Source: Promethearchaeota archaeon
Lineage (GTDB): Archaea > Asgardarchaeota > Lokiarchaeia > Sigyniarchaeales > SOKP01
Reading direction: 5' to 3'
DNA length: 64,000 bases
NCBI GenBank assembly: GCA_048941015.1
Contig: JBHLNZ010000001.1
Span: 32,001-96,000, forward strand
The notes under the pieces are model-generated. The model was not told where the DNA came from and did no database searches. It saw only the letters and a program-made list of their open reading frames with translations. Position numbers and translations under genes: made by a program. The first letter of the stretch is position 1. Each line of letters opens with the position of its first letter. This document shows, piece after piece, positions 28,810 through 39,775 of this stretch.

Positions 28810-30216
28810 ATGAGAAGAAAAGTAGTTGAAATGATTGAAAATTTAATAATTAACATCATGAAACAAATGCAAATTCCTGGATTGACCATTGCAATTATTC
28901 AAGATGGAGAATTGGTATATTCAGGTGGATTTGGTGCTAGAAATTTGGAAATCAATCTCCCCATGACCGAAAATACTTTATTTGGAATTGGATCAATTAC
29001 TAAATCCTTTACAGCTCTAGCAATAATGCAACTTGTGGAGCAAGGAAAAATAGAACTCAATAGCCCGTTGAATAAGTACATTGATTTTAAATTGGGCTCA
29101 AAGAGAAATCCGATTACAATTCATCATGCTCTTTCCCATTCATCGGGTATTCCAGATTTAAATGGTGCGGTTTTAGCGATAGCAAAAGGTTCCGGTTTTA
29201 TGGATCCATTATATCCTATGAGTAGTCGAAAAGATTTTTTATTACACCTTAACGGTGCATTTAAAGAGATTCTTTATGAACCAGATAAAAATTTTCTTTA
29301 TAATAATGATCTGTTTACATCACTCGGATTAATCATTGAAAGCATAACTGGCATGGAATATGATGTTTACATAAAAGAAAACATTTTAAAACCTCTTGGA
29401 ATGAATAAATCTTTTTTTTCAAGAGATGAATTTGAAAGAGAAGATAATAAAGCCACAGGTTATGTTTCTATAAAGAAGGATGAGCCTCTAAAAGGAATAG
29501 AGCATCTTTGTGATTTTCTCTTATATGCTCCAGGGGGATTAATAACGACAGTAACTCAAATGGTTAACTATATGAAAGGATTGATGAATGGTGGAGTATT
29601 TGAGGGAAATCAAATTATTAAAAAATCATCATTAGAGCAGATGTGGAGTCACCACATTGAGATCCCAGAGAATAATAGATATAGTGTTGCTACAAAAGGA
29701 TGGTATGGTTATGGTTGGATTACAGAAGACTTTTTTGATCATGTATTGATTCACCATGGAGGCAGTATTCCTGGTATATCTGCGATATGTGCCATGATTC
29801 CAGAAAAAAAGTTAGGCATTGTAGTTGGAATAAACCGGGACCTAGGAGAAATGCGTAAAATTCTAATTAGTACTTTAATTGCATTACTTTTAGGAATCAA
29901 TGTGAATGATGCTAATCCAATATTAAATATTCAGAAATTAGTAAAAAAACTTATTGGTAACTATCGATTATACAACAACTTCATGGCTTGTGCAGTATAT
30001 ATTAAAGATGGAATTCTTTATGTTAGAGCAAAATTTCCAATCCCAGGTTATCCTCAAATAAATGCACCAATTGTTGCCCAGAACCTCGATGAATTAAAAT
30101 TCTATATTCCTGTGATATTTCCGGGGTTTAAACTAAACGTTCAGTTTTTCATTGATGAAAATTCGGGAATAGTTCATTTAGTAATAGATAGATATTATTT
30201 TCATAAAATAGAATGA
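28810..30216 (+). CDS. Beta-lactamase-family serine hydrolase (AmpC/D-peptidase-like)
   Basis: GSITK (SxxK), YNN (YxN), HGG motifs. Confidence 0.88.
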   Translation: MRRKVVEMIENLIINIMKQMQIPGLTIAIIQDGELVYSGGFGARNLEINLPMTENTLFGIGSITKSFTALAIMQLVEQGKIELNSPLNKYIDFKLGSKRNPITIHHALSHSSGIPDLNGAVLAIAKGSGFMDPLYPMSSRKDFLLHLNGAFKEILYEPDKNFLYNNDLFTSLGLIIESITGMEYDVYIKENILKPLGMNKSFFSRDEFEREDNKATGYVSIKKDEPLKGIEHLCDFLLYAPGGLITTVTQMVNYMKGLMNGGVFEGNQIIKKSSLEQMWSHHIEIPENNRYSVATKGWYGYGWITEDFFDHVLIHHGGSIPGISAICAMIPEKKLGIVVGINRDLGEMRKILISTLIALLLGINVNDANPILNIQKLVKKLIGNYRLYNNFMACAVYIKDGILYVRAKFPIPGYPQINAPIVAQNLDELKFYIPVIFPGFKLNVQFFIDENSGIVHLVIDRYYFHKIE

Positions 30217-30449
30217 CAGAATTGAAAAGTATGCTGAAAGAGTTATTAGGATAAGTTCTAACTTACAATTTAGGCAATATTTATTGATTGGAGTTCCTAG
30301 ATTTATTAATTCCAATTCTCCCATAGAATTAAATTTTTTTCAGTTCTTTTTTACCCATTAAACTCTTTTTATTTATTCTTAATTTAAAAATTACAGATAA
30401 ATGATTCTAAGTAAAAAATAGAAATATAATAATAAAAAAAAAAATTTGA

Positions 30450-31853
30450 TTAAAGATTATGCTCCATTAAAAACTTCTTATTCATTTCTACTTTATCAGG
30501 AGTTAGATCATAGATAAAGAGTATGATTAAACCTCCAATTATATAGCAAATTATGGGAATTAAGGCCATTATCACTCTAATACCCCATATGGCTAGAGGA
30601 GCTTGACTTTCAGCGCCAGGTTCGTAAAGCGTTAACTGATGTACTACTGCGAAAATTAAACCTTGAGAAACATATGCTATACGACCTATGAATGTTCTAA
30701 CTCCAGTATAAATGCCCTCTTTCCGTTTCCCTGACTTGACAACAACGTCATCTATGACCTCAGAAAATCCTGGATATGTAAAGATTAATATAGAACCAAA
30801 ACCGAAACCTATAAGCATTATGCTTATAAAGGAGGAAATAATATCTGAAATAAATAATAATGGAATCATTAATATCGAAATCAAGAACATTCCATAAATG
30901 TAAACTTTCCGATTGCCAATTTTTCTCCCAAATTTAAACCAGAATGGTATGGATATTATAGAACCGATGAGAAAAGAACCAGTTATAAGTGTTTCTACAA
31001 GCGGCTCGTTTGATTCCAAAACATATCTTGTCCAAAATGAAACAGAAGGAATCACCAGAGCTGTAAACATTTGAATCATAAGATAAAACACGACGTAAGA
31101 CATGAAATTTTTTTCCTTTATAGCAAATTTTATCGTTTGCCAATACGATTCTCGTTCTTTTTCCTGTTTTTCAATAATGCGGAGTTCTCGAGAGATCAAT
31201 TCCTTATCTTCCTTCATTCCAGGAATGCTAAATATAGTAAAAACAGCTAGTGTAATTGCAACTACTATTGCTGCAGAAATATAAGAGTTTTTATTCCCAT
31301 AAGTAATAAAAATTGGACTTATTATAAAAGCGAGAGTATTTCCGATGATATTCCATATAGTTGTGATTGCTCCGACTTTAGTTCGCTCTTTATGAGAACG
31401 AAACTTGTCTGGCATAAGTGAAAGCCAACTAATTTGCCAAAGAGAATAAGAAAATTCGTAGAGGAGGATGATAATCAAGAGCCAGATGAACATCACTGAT
31501 TGATCGCTAGAAGGTACAGTATACACAAGGATATAGATTAGACTCAGCGAGAATGCTCCTATTATAAACCATGGAAAACGTCTTCCCCATTTTTCCGTAA
31601 ATCTTGTTCTTCTATCTGATAACCATCCTATTAAAGGGTCATTAATCATATTCCAAAATCCATAGATCCCGAACGCAATCCCTATTAATGTAATAGAAAG
31701 GAGCCATTCATTTTCATAAAAAAATATAACTTTCAAGTTAAATGATGTTATTATGAAAGAATCTAGAAATCCCCCTATTCCATATGACCAATGGATCTTA
31801 GAGGAATATTTTACTTCATCATTTTCAGTTGAATTGTTTTGAGTTGATTTCAT
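30450..31853 (-). CDS. GPH (MelB-like) MFS symporter
   Basis: NDPLIGWLSDR..WGRRFPW, EVIDD..GKRKEG. Confidence 0.9.
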   Translation of the reverse strand: MKSTQNNSTENDEVKYSSKIHWSYGIGGFLDSFIITSFNLKVIFFYENEWLLSITLIGIAFGIYGFWNMINDPLIGWLSDRRTRFTEKWGRRFPWFIIGAFSLSLIYILVYTVPSSDQSVMFIWLLIIILLYEFSYSLWQISWLSLMPDKFRSHKERTKVGAITTIWNIIGNTLAFIISPIFITYGNKNSYISAAIVVAITLAVFTIFSIPGMKEDKELISRELRIIEKQEKERESYWQTIKFAIKEKNFMSYVVFYLMIQMFTALVIPSVSFWTRYVLESNEPLVETLITGSFLIGSIISIPFWFKFGRKIGNRKVYIYGMFLISILMIPLLFISDIISSFISIMLIGFGFGSILIFTYPGFSEVIDDVVVKSGKRKEGIYTGVRTFIGRIAYVSQGLIFAVVHQLTLYEPGAESQAPLAIWGIRVIMALIPIICYIIGGLIILFIYDLTPDKVEMNKKFLMEHNL

Positions 31854-32331
31854 TCTATACCGCCATTAGAAAATTTGTATTAAAAACATTAAGAATACTA
31901 AAACAAAATGTTCTTATTATTTTTATAAATTTTATTAATAGTTAGAATTGTTCTCCTTATTATAAATATCCTAAAAAGAATTTTACTGGAATAATTTTGG
32001 AGCATATTTAAATAATAAATTAAATTAATTTTGAATTCATGGAACTCGATCTTCCACAATAAAGTTCCCACGTATAATTCTTCTTATCCAAAAAATCTAT
32101 CTTATTAATTGTATAATGTTCTGCCAAACTTTTCCAGACCTGCCGTTAAAAGTCCTATGTGAAGATGATTTCTAACTCTATTAAGGACAGATATCGTGAT
32201 ATTCGAATAGCTCTGTAATAGATTCCTTAAGAATAGTTAATGACCACCAAATTTGATTTAGTTCTATATCTATTGAACTTGATTGAATCAAAATCTTCAT
32301 TCATAAATATTTATAGGAAATCTAATTAAAG

Positions 32332-32392
32332 TTATCCAAGAGGAAGATTCTGCCATTTGGTTAAAACTTAGGAGTTGTCCTTTAAAGTCTCT
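32332..32392 (-). repeat. Intergenic inverted copy of the internal ParB-gene palindrome region
   Basis: Reverse complement translates as RDFKGQLLSFNQMAESSSWI vs RDSKGRIQSFTQMAESSSWI in the ParB-like gene. Confidence 0.8.
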
Positions 32393-32553
32393 AAATATAA
32401 TTTAAATTGTATCCTTTAAAAAATTAATTAAAGGAGGTTCTTAAAATAACCAAGAAATTTATTTTCTGAATAACTTTATACAAATGCATTAAATTCTTAT
32501 AATTTACAATACAAGCTAGTTATTAATTATCTCTATTTCAAGATTTAAAACTT

Positions 32554-33318
32554 TTAAATGATACCTACGAACGATTGGCGAACCACAGCATTGTATACCC
32601 AGTAAATTAACGTAATAAAATCAAAAATGGGGAGTTTAACTGCATTTTGAATTGCTCTAGCATAAGGGGGCATGTCACTACATTCGAGTAGGATAGCTGC
32701 AACTTGAGGATTATTTTTTATCAATTGTTTGGAAAGATCTACTAATTGGGTTTCAAGCTTATTGCTATTAAAATTACCCTTACATTTGAGTATATTTTGA
32801 AATTCAGGTAAATCTTGAGCACCAACTATAACAATTCGAGATTCATCTTTAATTCCACAAGAGTTAAGTATTTTTGGAGTTAAACTATCATCAACAGCAC
32901 ATAGAATTCCAACCTTTTGTTTTGGCTTAAGAGACTGAACAATAATGGGAACTTGCAATAAACTGGAAAGAAAAACAGGCACATTAAGTGCTCTTGCCGC
33001 TTCCTTTTGATAGAATCCAAAATAACCACATGAACCTATAATTGCTCGAACCCCTTGTTCCACTAGTTCATTACCTCCCTCAATTACTTTGTTTAATATG
33101 GCTGGATCGGCATTTAAAATTTCGATGCCAGCCCCTTTAAGAATCTTGTATAAAACTGGAAAATTAAAACTGCAAGCATTTGCAACATTGCCAGGAATTA
33201 AAGGATACCAGAGATCTAGTACGAGAATCCCAATAGCAAAACCTCCTATTGCTCTACCTTCAGGTACATAAATCTGAGTATTTGGTTGTGTAGGACCTAA
33301 TATATAAGGATCGTTCAT
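32554..33318 (-). CDS. Aspartate/glutamate racemase-superfamily protein
   Basis: IGILVLD..YPLIPGNVANA, GSCGYF, LECSDMPPY (two-Cys pattern). Confidence 0.82.
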   Translation of the reverse strand: MNDPYILGPTQPNTQIYVPEGRAIGGFAIGILVLDLWYPLIPGNVANACSFNFPVLYKILKGAGIEILNADPAILNKVIEGGNELVEQGVRAIIGSCGYFGFYQKEAARALNVPVFLSSLLQVPIIVQSLKPKQKVGILCAVDDSLTPKILNSCGIKDESRIVIVGAQDLPEFQNILKCKGNFNSNKLETQLVDLSKQLIKNNPQVAAILLECSDMPPYARAIQNAVKLPIFDFITLIYWVYNAVVRQSFVGII

Positions 33319-33735
33319 AATTTGTCTTCATCTTTTCAATTTAAAAATATTCAGATTTTATTCATAACCTATCACTTTCATTTCTTCTTCTATTGATTAA
33401 TCTTCTGAAAAGCCAGTATATATAAAAGATATTAACAATAAACGAACCTTTGAAAAATTCTAGGATTTTTCGAACTTGATAAAAAATTTTATTATTTTCA
33501 TTTAACCTCTACTGCATTGTTTTTCCCTTTACTATGTTCTTTTAATTAATAAGCAACAAAAACAGAGGGAAAAAATGAAAAAAGCACAATTCTAAAATCG
33601 GATTTCTTCACTAAGAAATAGTTCAAAACATTTAAATTAATAAATAATCTACTTATCAATTAAATCTTTAAATGGCTTAAGAGATTTGAAAATTAAAAAT
33701 TGATATTATAAAAAGAAATTTAAAAAGATGATTAA

Positions 33736-34872
33736 ATGAATGAAGTAAGTGATAGAGTTAATAAAATTTTAGATTCAAGCATTATAATAGATTCACTTAG
33801 CCATGGTCCTCTTTTATGGACACAAGATCTCATTAAGCGTTCTGATGAGATGTTAGCTTTAGAAATGAATGTTTGGGATATTTTACCTGATCTTTCTTTA
33901 CAATACGCACGAAATGTTGCATCTGATGATAATTATTTTGCGAAATATGTTGATGCTTGGAAAGAGTCAGGAGTGACTTGCGTGAGCTATACACTTGGAC
34001 CGATATATCCAAAACCTTATTCACTTGAGGGTGTTTACCATAATCATGCCTTCATGACACACATGCTTGATCAAAGAAAAGACTTTTTTGTCAAGGTATT
34101 AAAGGCTGAAGATATTGAAAGAGCTTATAAGGAGAAAAAGAAAGCTATCATTTTAAACTTTCAGAGCTTAGAACATTTAGGTACTAATATTAATTTTGTG
34201 GAATTAGGCTATATGCATGGATTCAGAATAATGCAATTAACTTATAATACGAAAATCCCTGTGGGTACTGGTTGTACGGCAAGAAGAGATAGAGGATTAA
34301 CCGAATTTGGATTAGAAGTTGTTGAAAAGATTAATAAACTCGGGGCTCTTGTAGATATCTCTCATTGTGGAGTCCAAACTTCCAAAGATGCCGTAGAACA
34401 CTCTAAAGATCCAATTATGGTTTCCCACACTGGCTCAAAAAAATTATATGAACATGTAAGAAACAAGGATGACGATCTTCTGCAAGCCGTTGCAGAAAAG
34501 GGGGGATATATAGGAGTTTTTGTCGTTCCCTTTTTATCGAGTGACTATAAAAATAATACAGTTGATGATTGGGCTGACCATGTTGAATACATCGTGAATC
34601 TTATAGGAATTGATCATGTAGGCATCGGATCTGATTTTTACGGTTACTCAATACCAACTAATCTAGCGATGAAAGTTGATGAACAAATGGGAGTAATGGG
34701 CTTCCGACCTGAGGATAGAGCAACATTTACATATAAGGTGAAAGGATTCGAGGAATATAGGAAATTCCCTAATCTGATCAAAGCCTTGGTCTCACGAGGA
34801 TACAGTGATCAAGAAATTAAGAAAATTGCAGGTGAAAATTTCTTACGGGTGTTTAGAAAGGTAGTTGGATAA
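33736..34872 (+). CDS. Membrane dipeptidase (peptidase M19) family
   Basis: QLTYN, GLTEFG, DISH, SHTG, RNKDD, DHVGIGSDF, IAGENFLRV. Confidence 0.9.
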   Translation: MNEVSDRVNKILDSSIIIDSLSHGPLLWTQDLIKRSDEMLALEMNVWDILPDLSLQYARNVASDDNYFAKYVDAWKESGVTCVSYTLGPIYPKPYSLEGVYHNHAFMTHMLDQRKDFFVKVLKAEDIERAYKEKKKAIILNFQSLEHLGTNINFVELGYMHGFRIMQLTYNTKIPVGTGCTARRDRGLTEFGLEVVEKINKLGALVDISHCGVQTSKDAVEHSKDPIMVSHTGSKKLYEHVRNKDDDLLQAVAEKGGYIGVFVVPFLSSDYKNNTVDDWADHVEYIVNLIGIDHVGIGSDFYGYSIPTNLAMKVDEQMGVMGFRPEDRATFTYKVKGFEEYRKFPNLIKALVSRGYSDQEIKKIAGENFLRVFRKVVG

Positions 34873-35040
34873 AAATAAAGTGTCTTTGAGAGGGGATTAT
34901 ATAGAAAAAATCTTTAAGATTTGATTCAAATCTCCCATTAAATTTCGTTCTTTTTTTTTCCCTTATATAAACAATACACTATTTGGGTTTATTTTTACAG
35001 ATAAGAGTTGTCAAACTTTTCAGAAACGTTAAAATAGTTG

Positions 35041-36663
35041 TCATGTTGGACGTCTAATAACCATACCAGGATATTTTTTCCTTAACTTACCATTTTCAAC
35101 GACCACAACACCATTAACAATTACATGAAGAATTCCTTCTGGTAATTGATATGGATTTTCATAAGTGCCTACATCTCTAACCGTATTAAGATTAAAAAGC
35201 ACAATGTCTGCCCAGTTACCTTCTAAGACAAGACTTCTATCCCTTAGCCCAAGTCTCTGAGCAGGAAAAGAAGTCATCTTACGAATTGCTTCTTCTAATG
35301 TTAATAATTTATCTTCTCGAACGTATTTTTCAAGAATTCGTGGGTATGTTCCAAAACATCTGGGATGGAGAGCTCCAAACCTAAATGAGGCAGGAAGTCC
35401 AAAACCGTCTGTACCAATCATGCTATAATGACTTGTCATAATTCGACGAATATCATCTTCTGCCATGCTTTCGATTGTAATCATAACTTTTAGATCATTT
35501 TCGATTAGCAATTTAAAACAAGTTTCCCAATCGTTAGAGAATCCCCTTATTTTAGTAATTTCAGGGATATTTTTGCCTATAATATCCTTCCATTCAACCT
35601 TGTCAACAGAAACGATATACATATTTTTAAAGCCCTCATCCCGAATCCAATTTTCCCAATCTTTAGAGTTTGATTCGACTTCTTTCCTAATCTTCTCTTT
35701 TATTTCAGGTTGTTTAATGCGTTCCAATATATCTTGATTTTCCCCTTCACGAACCCACGATGGAAGGGCAGTAATAAGATTAGACATTTTTCGATTATAA
35801 GGATATTGATCACAACTGATATTTATACCACGTTGATTAGCTTCTTTCATGAGTCGTACAGTTTCTCTACTCCTTCCCCAATAATTTTCACCACAAATTT
35901 TATGATGAGCAATTTGACCTCCAGCACATCCTGATTTCTCAACAATTTCTATCAATTCCTCAACGGCTTTTATAACAGTTTCACCTTCACCTCTAATATG
36001 TGAAAAATATAATCCCCCATACTCTGCAATTACTTTCGCTAGCTCAACTAATTCTTCGGTAGTTCCAAAAACCTGAGGTGCATAAATTAATCCTGTACTC
36101 ATACCAAACGCCCCCGCTTCCATTGCCTCTCGTAAATATTTCTTCATAATTTCGAGCTCTTCTTTATTAGCAGGTCTATTTTCTACCCATTGTCCTCCTG
36201 CAAATCGTAGATTTTTATATCCGACCATGAAAATTAAATTTGCTGTATTTTTTAATTTATCAATGTAGTTTAAATACTCATCAAACGTATGGTATGGATA
36301 CTCTAATTGTTCAAAAATACGATTTCTTTCCCCCATCATTTTCTTGAATTCTTCTTCTTGTCCATAAGGAATGGGTGCATTTCCCTCTCCACACATAGCT
36401 ACGACACTCGTAGTGATCCCTTGACATAGGGTTGATTCCTGACTTCTATTTACTGGCAAAATCCAATCTGTGTGAGAATGCATATCTATAAAACCTGGGC
36501 ATACAATCAATCCAGTGGCATCTATATGTTTTTGAGCTTCATCATTAATTTTGTATCTAATTTTAGCTATTTTCCCATTTTTTATAGCAATTTCACCGGA
36601 ATAACTAGGATTACCCGTACCATCAATAATTTTCCCATTTTTAATAATTATATCATAACTCAT
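35041..36663 (-). CDS. N-acyl-D-amino-acid deacylase (D-aminoacylase)
   Basis: PGFIDMHSH, GAFGMSTGLIYAP, SHIRGE, HPRCFGTYPR. Confidence 0.9.
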   Translation of the reverse strand: MSYDIIIKNGKIIDGTGNPSYSGEIAIKNGKIAKIRYKINDEAQKHIDATGLIVCPGFIDMHSHTDWILPVNRSQESTLCQGITTSVVAMCGEGNAPIPYGQEEEFKKMMGERNRIFEQLEYPYHTFDEYLNYIDKLKNTANLIFMVGYKNLRFAGGQWVENRPANKEELEIMKKYLREAMEAGAFGMSTGLIYAPQVFGTTEELVELAKVIAEYGGLYFSHIRGEGETVIKAVEELIEIVEKSGCAGGQIAHHKICGENYWGRSRETVRLMKEANQRGINISCDQYPYNRKMSNLITALPSWVREGENQDILERIKQPEIKEKIRKEVESNSKDWENWIRDEGFKNMYIVSVDKVEWKDIIGKNIPEITKIRGFSNDWETCFKLLIENDLKVMITIESMAEDDIRRIMTSHYSMIGTDGFGLPASFRFGALHPRCFGTYPRILEKYVREDKLLTLEEAIRKMTSFPAQRLGLRDRSLVLEGNWADIVLFNLNTVRDVGTYENPYQLPEGILHVIVNGVVVVENGKLRKKYPGMVIRRPT

Positions 36664-36931
36664 TTATACCAACTCCTAAATTTAAGTAAAAATAATAATT
36701 TAAACTTTAAAAAAAAAATGACAAATCTTAAGGGTAATATTTAGATTTCATGAAAAAATTCCCTATTACTTTAAAAATTTTGGGCAAATTGAATATATAA
36801 AAAATATGATATAAATAAGCTTAATTTGAATTAGATAAATTGAATGCATAAATCCTCTGGTAAAAATATTGATTTATTAGATGTAATCATTTACTGTACA
36901 TAATAATAAAATATTATAGGAGTAGTTAAAT

Positions 36932-38011
36932 TTGGACAAAAATTGGAAAGATAAGATACCCACCCCTGCACTTGTTCTTAACTATGATATTATGCAGAAA
37001 AATATTGAAATTATGGCAAAATTCGCAAAACAAAATAATGTAAATTTAAGACCTCACTTGAAGACAGCTAAATTACCTATTATTGCGCATATGATTTTAA
37101 AAGCAGGAGGGGCAAAGGGGATTACGGTTGCTAAAGTTGGAGAAGCAGAAGTTTTTGTTCAAGCTGGTATCGATGATATATTAATTGCCAATCAAGTCAT
37201 CGATCCAGACCATATCAAGAGGTTAGTAATGTTAAATAAGTATGCATCAGTCAAATGTGCGGTAGACTCTAAGAAAAATGTTTTAGATCTGAGTAAATTC
37301 GCAACCGAAGCAAAAATTAAACTCGAAGTCTTACTTGAGATTAATATTGGATTAGGACGGGCTGGAGTGGAACCAGGTGAACCTGCATTAGAGCTGGCTA
37401 ATTTTATAAGGGAAAAATCAGGAGTAAAGTTAATAGGGCTACAAGGGTATGAGGGCCATTTAACTCCGATGATGAATATGGAAAAAAAAGAACTAATGAC
37501 GAATGAATGTATGGAAAAAATTATTGATACTAGGAAGCTTTTAAACAAAAATGGTTTTGATATTAGATATATTTCAACTTCTGGCTCCGGGACATACATG
37601 TATGCTGCTAAATTTGACGATATAACTGAAATTCAACCTGGTACTTATGTTTTTTCTGATGATCATTTATTTAAAGTAAATCCTATTTTTTTACCTGCCG
37701 TAACAGTTTTGAGCACAGTTCAGAATCAAACTGGAACTACAGAATTTACTATTGATGCAGGTACAAAAGCAATTGCAATTGGTGATGGAAAACCTATAAT
37801 TAAAGGACATCCTAAAGTTACGTTTATCGTCATGAGCGAAGAGAATACACAACTTAATGCTATTGGTTCTAGTTTTGAGATTGGACAGAAGATTGAACTA
37901 ATTCCCGCCCACATATGTATCACTATTAATCTTTATGATTATATACATGTTGTAAAAAATAACGAATATATAGGTAGTTGGAAAATTCTCGCTAGAGGAA
38001 AAAATTATTAA
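36932..38011 (+). CDS. Fold-type III PLP enzyme, D-serine dehydratase/D-threonine aldolase (DSD1) family
   Basis: TPALV, RPHLKTAK, GYEGH, EIQPGTYVFSD, DAGTK, IPAHICITINL. Confidence 0.9.
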   Translation: MDKNWKDKIPTPALVLNYDIMQKNIEIMAKFAKQNNVNLRPHLKTAKLPIIAHMILKAGGAKGITVAKVGEAEVFVQAGIDDILIANQVIDPDHIKRLVMLNKYASVKCAVDSKKNVLDLSKFATEAKIKLEVLLEINIGLGRAGVEPGEPALELANFIREKSGVKLIGLQGYEGHLTPMMNMEKKELMTNECMEKIIDTRKLLNKNGFDIRYISTSGSGTYMYAAKFDDITEIQPGTYVFSDDHLFKVNPIFLPAVTVLSTVQNQTGTTEFTIDAGTKAIAIGDGKPIIKGHPKVTFIVMSEENTQLNAIGSSFEIGQKIELIPAHICITINLYDYIHVVKNNEYIGSWKILARGKNY

Positions 38012-38029
38012 TATATTGATGAGAAGTTT

Positions 38030-38224
38030 ATGTCGGAAAATGAATACATTAATCTGGGAACTCCTGTTGCTGGTCCTTATACTCCTGGTGTCAAGAGTGG
38101 AGGTTTCTTGTTTATATCTGGTCAAGGTGCTAAACATTATTTTTTCTTTATTTTAATTTTGAAATTCAATATCTCAATTTCCTATTTGATCTATAACTTT
38201 AAATTACCCAAAAGAAAACCTTAA
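38030..38224 (+). pseudogene. ridA: Truncated RidA/YjgF family gene
   Basis: First ~33 codons PVAGPYTPGVKSGGFLFISGQ match the RidA N-terminus, then degrade into AT-rich non-homologous sequence. Confidence 0.7.
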
Positions 38225-38357
38225 TTGAAACTTTTTAGAGTTTTACTTTATATAGCAACACTTAGATTGATATATGCGTATAGTAGAAATTCATCTTAAA
38301 TCTTTAATTTAAATTCTTCTTAAAATTATTTAATAAAAATTAAAAGTATATAAAACG

Positions 38358-38804
38358 ATGTCTAAAACTTTTAGTTCTAAAGAATTAGAAGAGATAAAGT
38401 CTATAAAAATAGGAAAATGGGATATTATCTCTGAATATCATCGTATTGATTGGCTTAAAGCCGGGTATAGTGAAGAAGAAGCAAAAATTCATGGTATAGT
38501 TATTGCTGTCGTTGGATATCAAGCCCGCTTAGGAAAAGAACCTCAAAAATATAAGTTAGAACAAAAAGGGAAAGAGAAAGGTGTTTCAGTAACCCATAGA
38601 AAACAAGAGAAGTGGATTACAATTGCGGATTTTGATAAAATTATTAATAAAATTGGCGATAAGTATTACAAGAAGGTATTTTCTCCCGCAATTGAGAATT
38701 TATACAATAAGGGTTATTCTTATGATGAGGTTAAGAAAACGGTTGATATTCCATCAAAAATAGGTGCTAAAGTATCTCTAGATAAATTTATACCTTACTT
38801 GTAA
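38358..38804 (+). CDS. Hypothetical protein
   Basis: 148-aa ORF with normal composition; no motif recognised. Confidence 0.65.
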   Translation: MSKTFSSKELEEIKSIKIGKWDIISEYHRIDWLKAGYSEEEAKIHGIVIAVVGYQARLGKEPQKYKLEQKGKEKGVSVTHRKQEKWITIADFDKIINKIGDKYYKKVFSPAIENLYNKGYSYDEVKKTVDIPSKIGAKVSLDKFIPYL

Positions 38805-38916
38805 TAACTCTTAGAATAAAGAGCATTTAACTATTGCGTCAATTTTTCACTTTTAAATTAAAAGTAAAGATGTATTAAATAATTTAGAGGTAATAAAAAT
38901 AGATCCCAGACAGAAA

Positions 38917-39096
38917 ATGCTGATAATTTTAATTATAATATTTATCATTAGCATTAGTCAATTTATATTCTTTCTATTAGTGGTTAGTTTCGGTTTAATT
39001 AGTAGTAGTATTTTATTTCCTTCTGGGTTTTCTGCTATTTTCCTTGGAACAGTTGTAATTATTGTATTCTTAAAGATTAAGAGAGAGAGTGTATAA
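38917..39096 (+). CDS. Small 2-TM membrane protein (59 aa; possibly starts at ATA 38899)
   Basis: MLIILIIIFIISISQFIFFLLVV...KIKRESV; GAGGT at 38887; ends 7 nt before next gene. Confidence 0.5.
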   Translation: MLIILIIIFIISISQFIFFLLVVSFGLISSSILFPSGFSAIFLGTVVIIVFLKIKRESV

Positions 39097-39103
39097 TTCT
39101 TAA

Positions 39104-39775
39104 ATGCCTTTATTTAAATTCATGAGGGATTTGCAAGCAAAGTTAGAAGCAATTCCTAGTCCTGGTGCCATTGTATATAATGCACTCGTAAAAAAAATTT
39201 TAAGAAAACCGGAATTAAGAATTGCTCAAGATGTTGTTCAAAATATGGATAATGGGGTTTTAATAGACATAGGATCAGGTACAGGATTTTTATCAATAGA
39301 GATAGCGAAAAGAGCACCCCACCTTAATATTATTGGTATAGATTTAAGCAATAAAATGGTTGAGATTGCAAGGGGTAATGCAAAAGGTTTGGAAAATGTG
39401 AAGTTTAAATTAGCAAATGCTAAAGATCTACCTTTTGAAGACAATTCCATTGACTTTATTGTCAGTACAGGATCGTTTCATCACTGGAAGAAACCAATTC
39501 AAGTTTTTAATGAATTATATCGTGTTTTGATTATTAATGGAGACGCATGGATATACGATGGATGTTCTGGTCCTCCTAAACATGAAATTCTTAAATTGAA
39601 ACAAAATTATGGTGCTTTCAAATATCAACTTCTAAGTCAAATCCAGAAAGCGCATGGTTTTCCTTGGGAAACATATAACACCAGAATTAAAAGACTTCTT
39701 GAATTGTCAAAGTTCAAAAAGAATTATCAAATGGTATTAACAGATGGTTGGATGAAAATTGTTCTCAAGAAATAA
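39104..39775 (+). CDS. Class I SAM-dependent methyltransferase
   Basis: DIGSGTG, GIDLS, LPFEDNSIDF. Confidence 0.9.
   Translation: MPLFKFMRDLQAKLEAIPSPGAIVYNALVKKILRKPELRIAQDVVQNMDNGVLIDIGSGTGFLSIEIAKRAPHLNIIGIDLSNKMVEIARGNAKGLENVKFKLANAKDLPFEDNSIDFIVSTGSFHHWKKPIQVFNELYRVLIINGDAWIYDGCSGPPKHEILKLKQNYGAFKYQLLSQIQKAHGFPWETYNTRIKRLLELSKFKKNYQMVLTDGWMKIVLKK

Noticed and set aside
27533-32392. Integrated plasmid or provirus around the ParB-like gene
   Set aside because: No integrase, ParA, replication or virion genes; neighbours are metabolic
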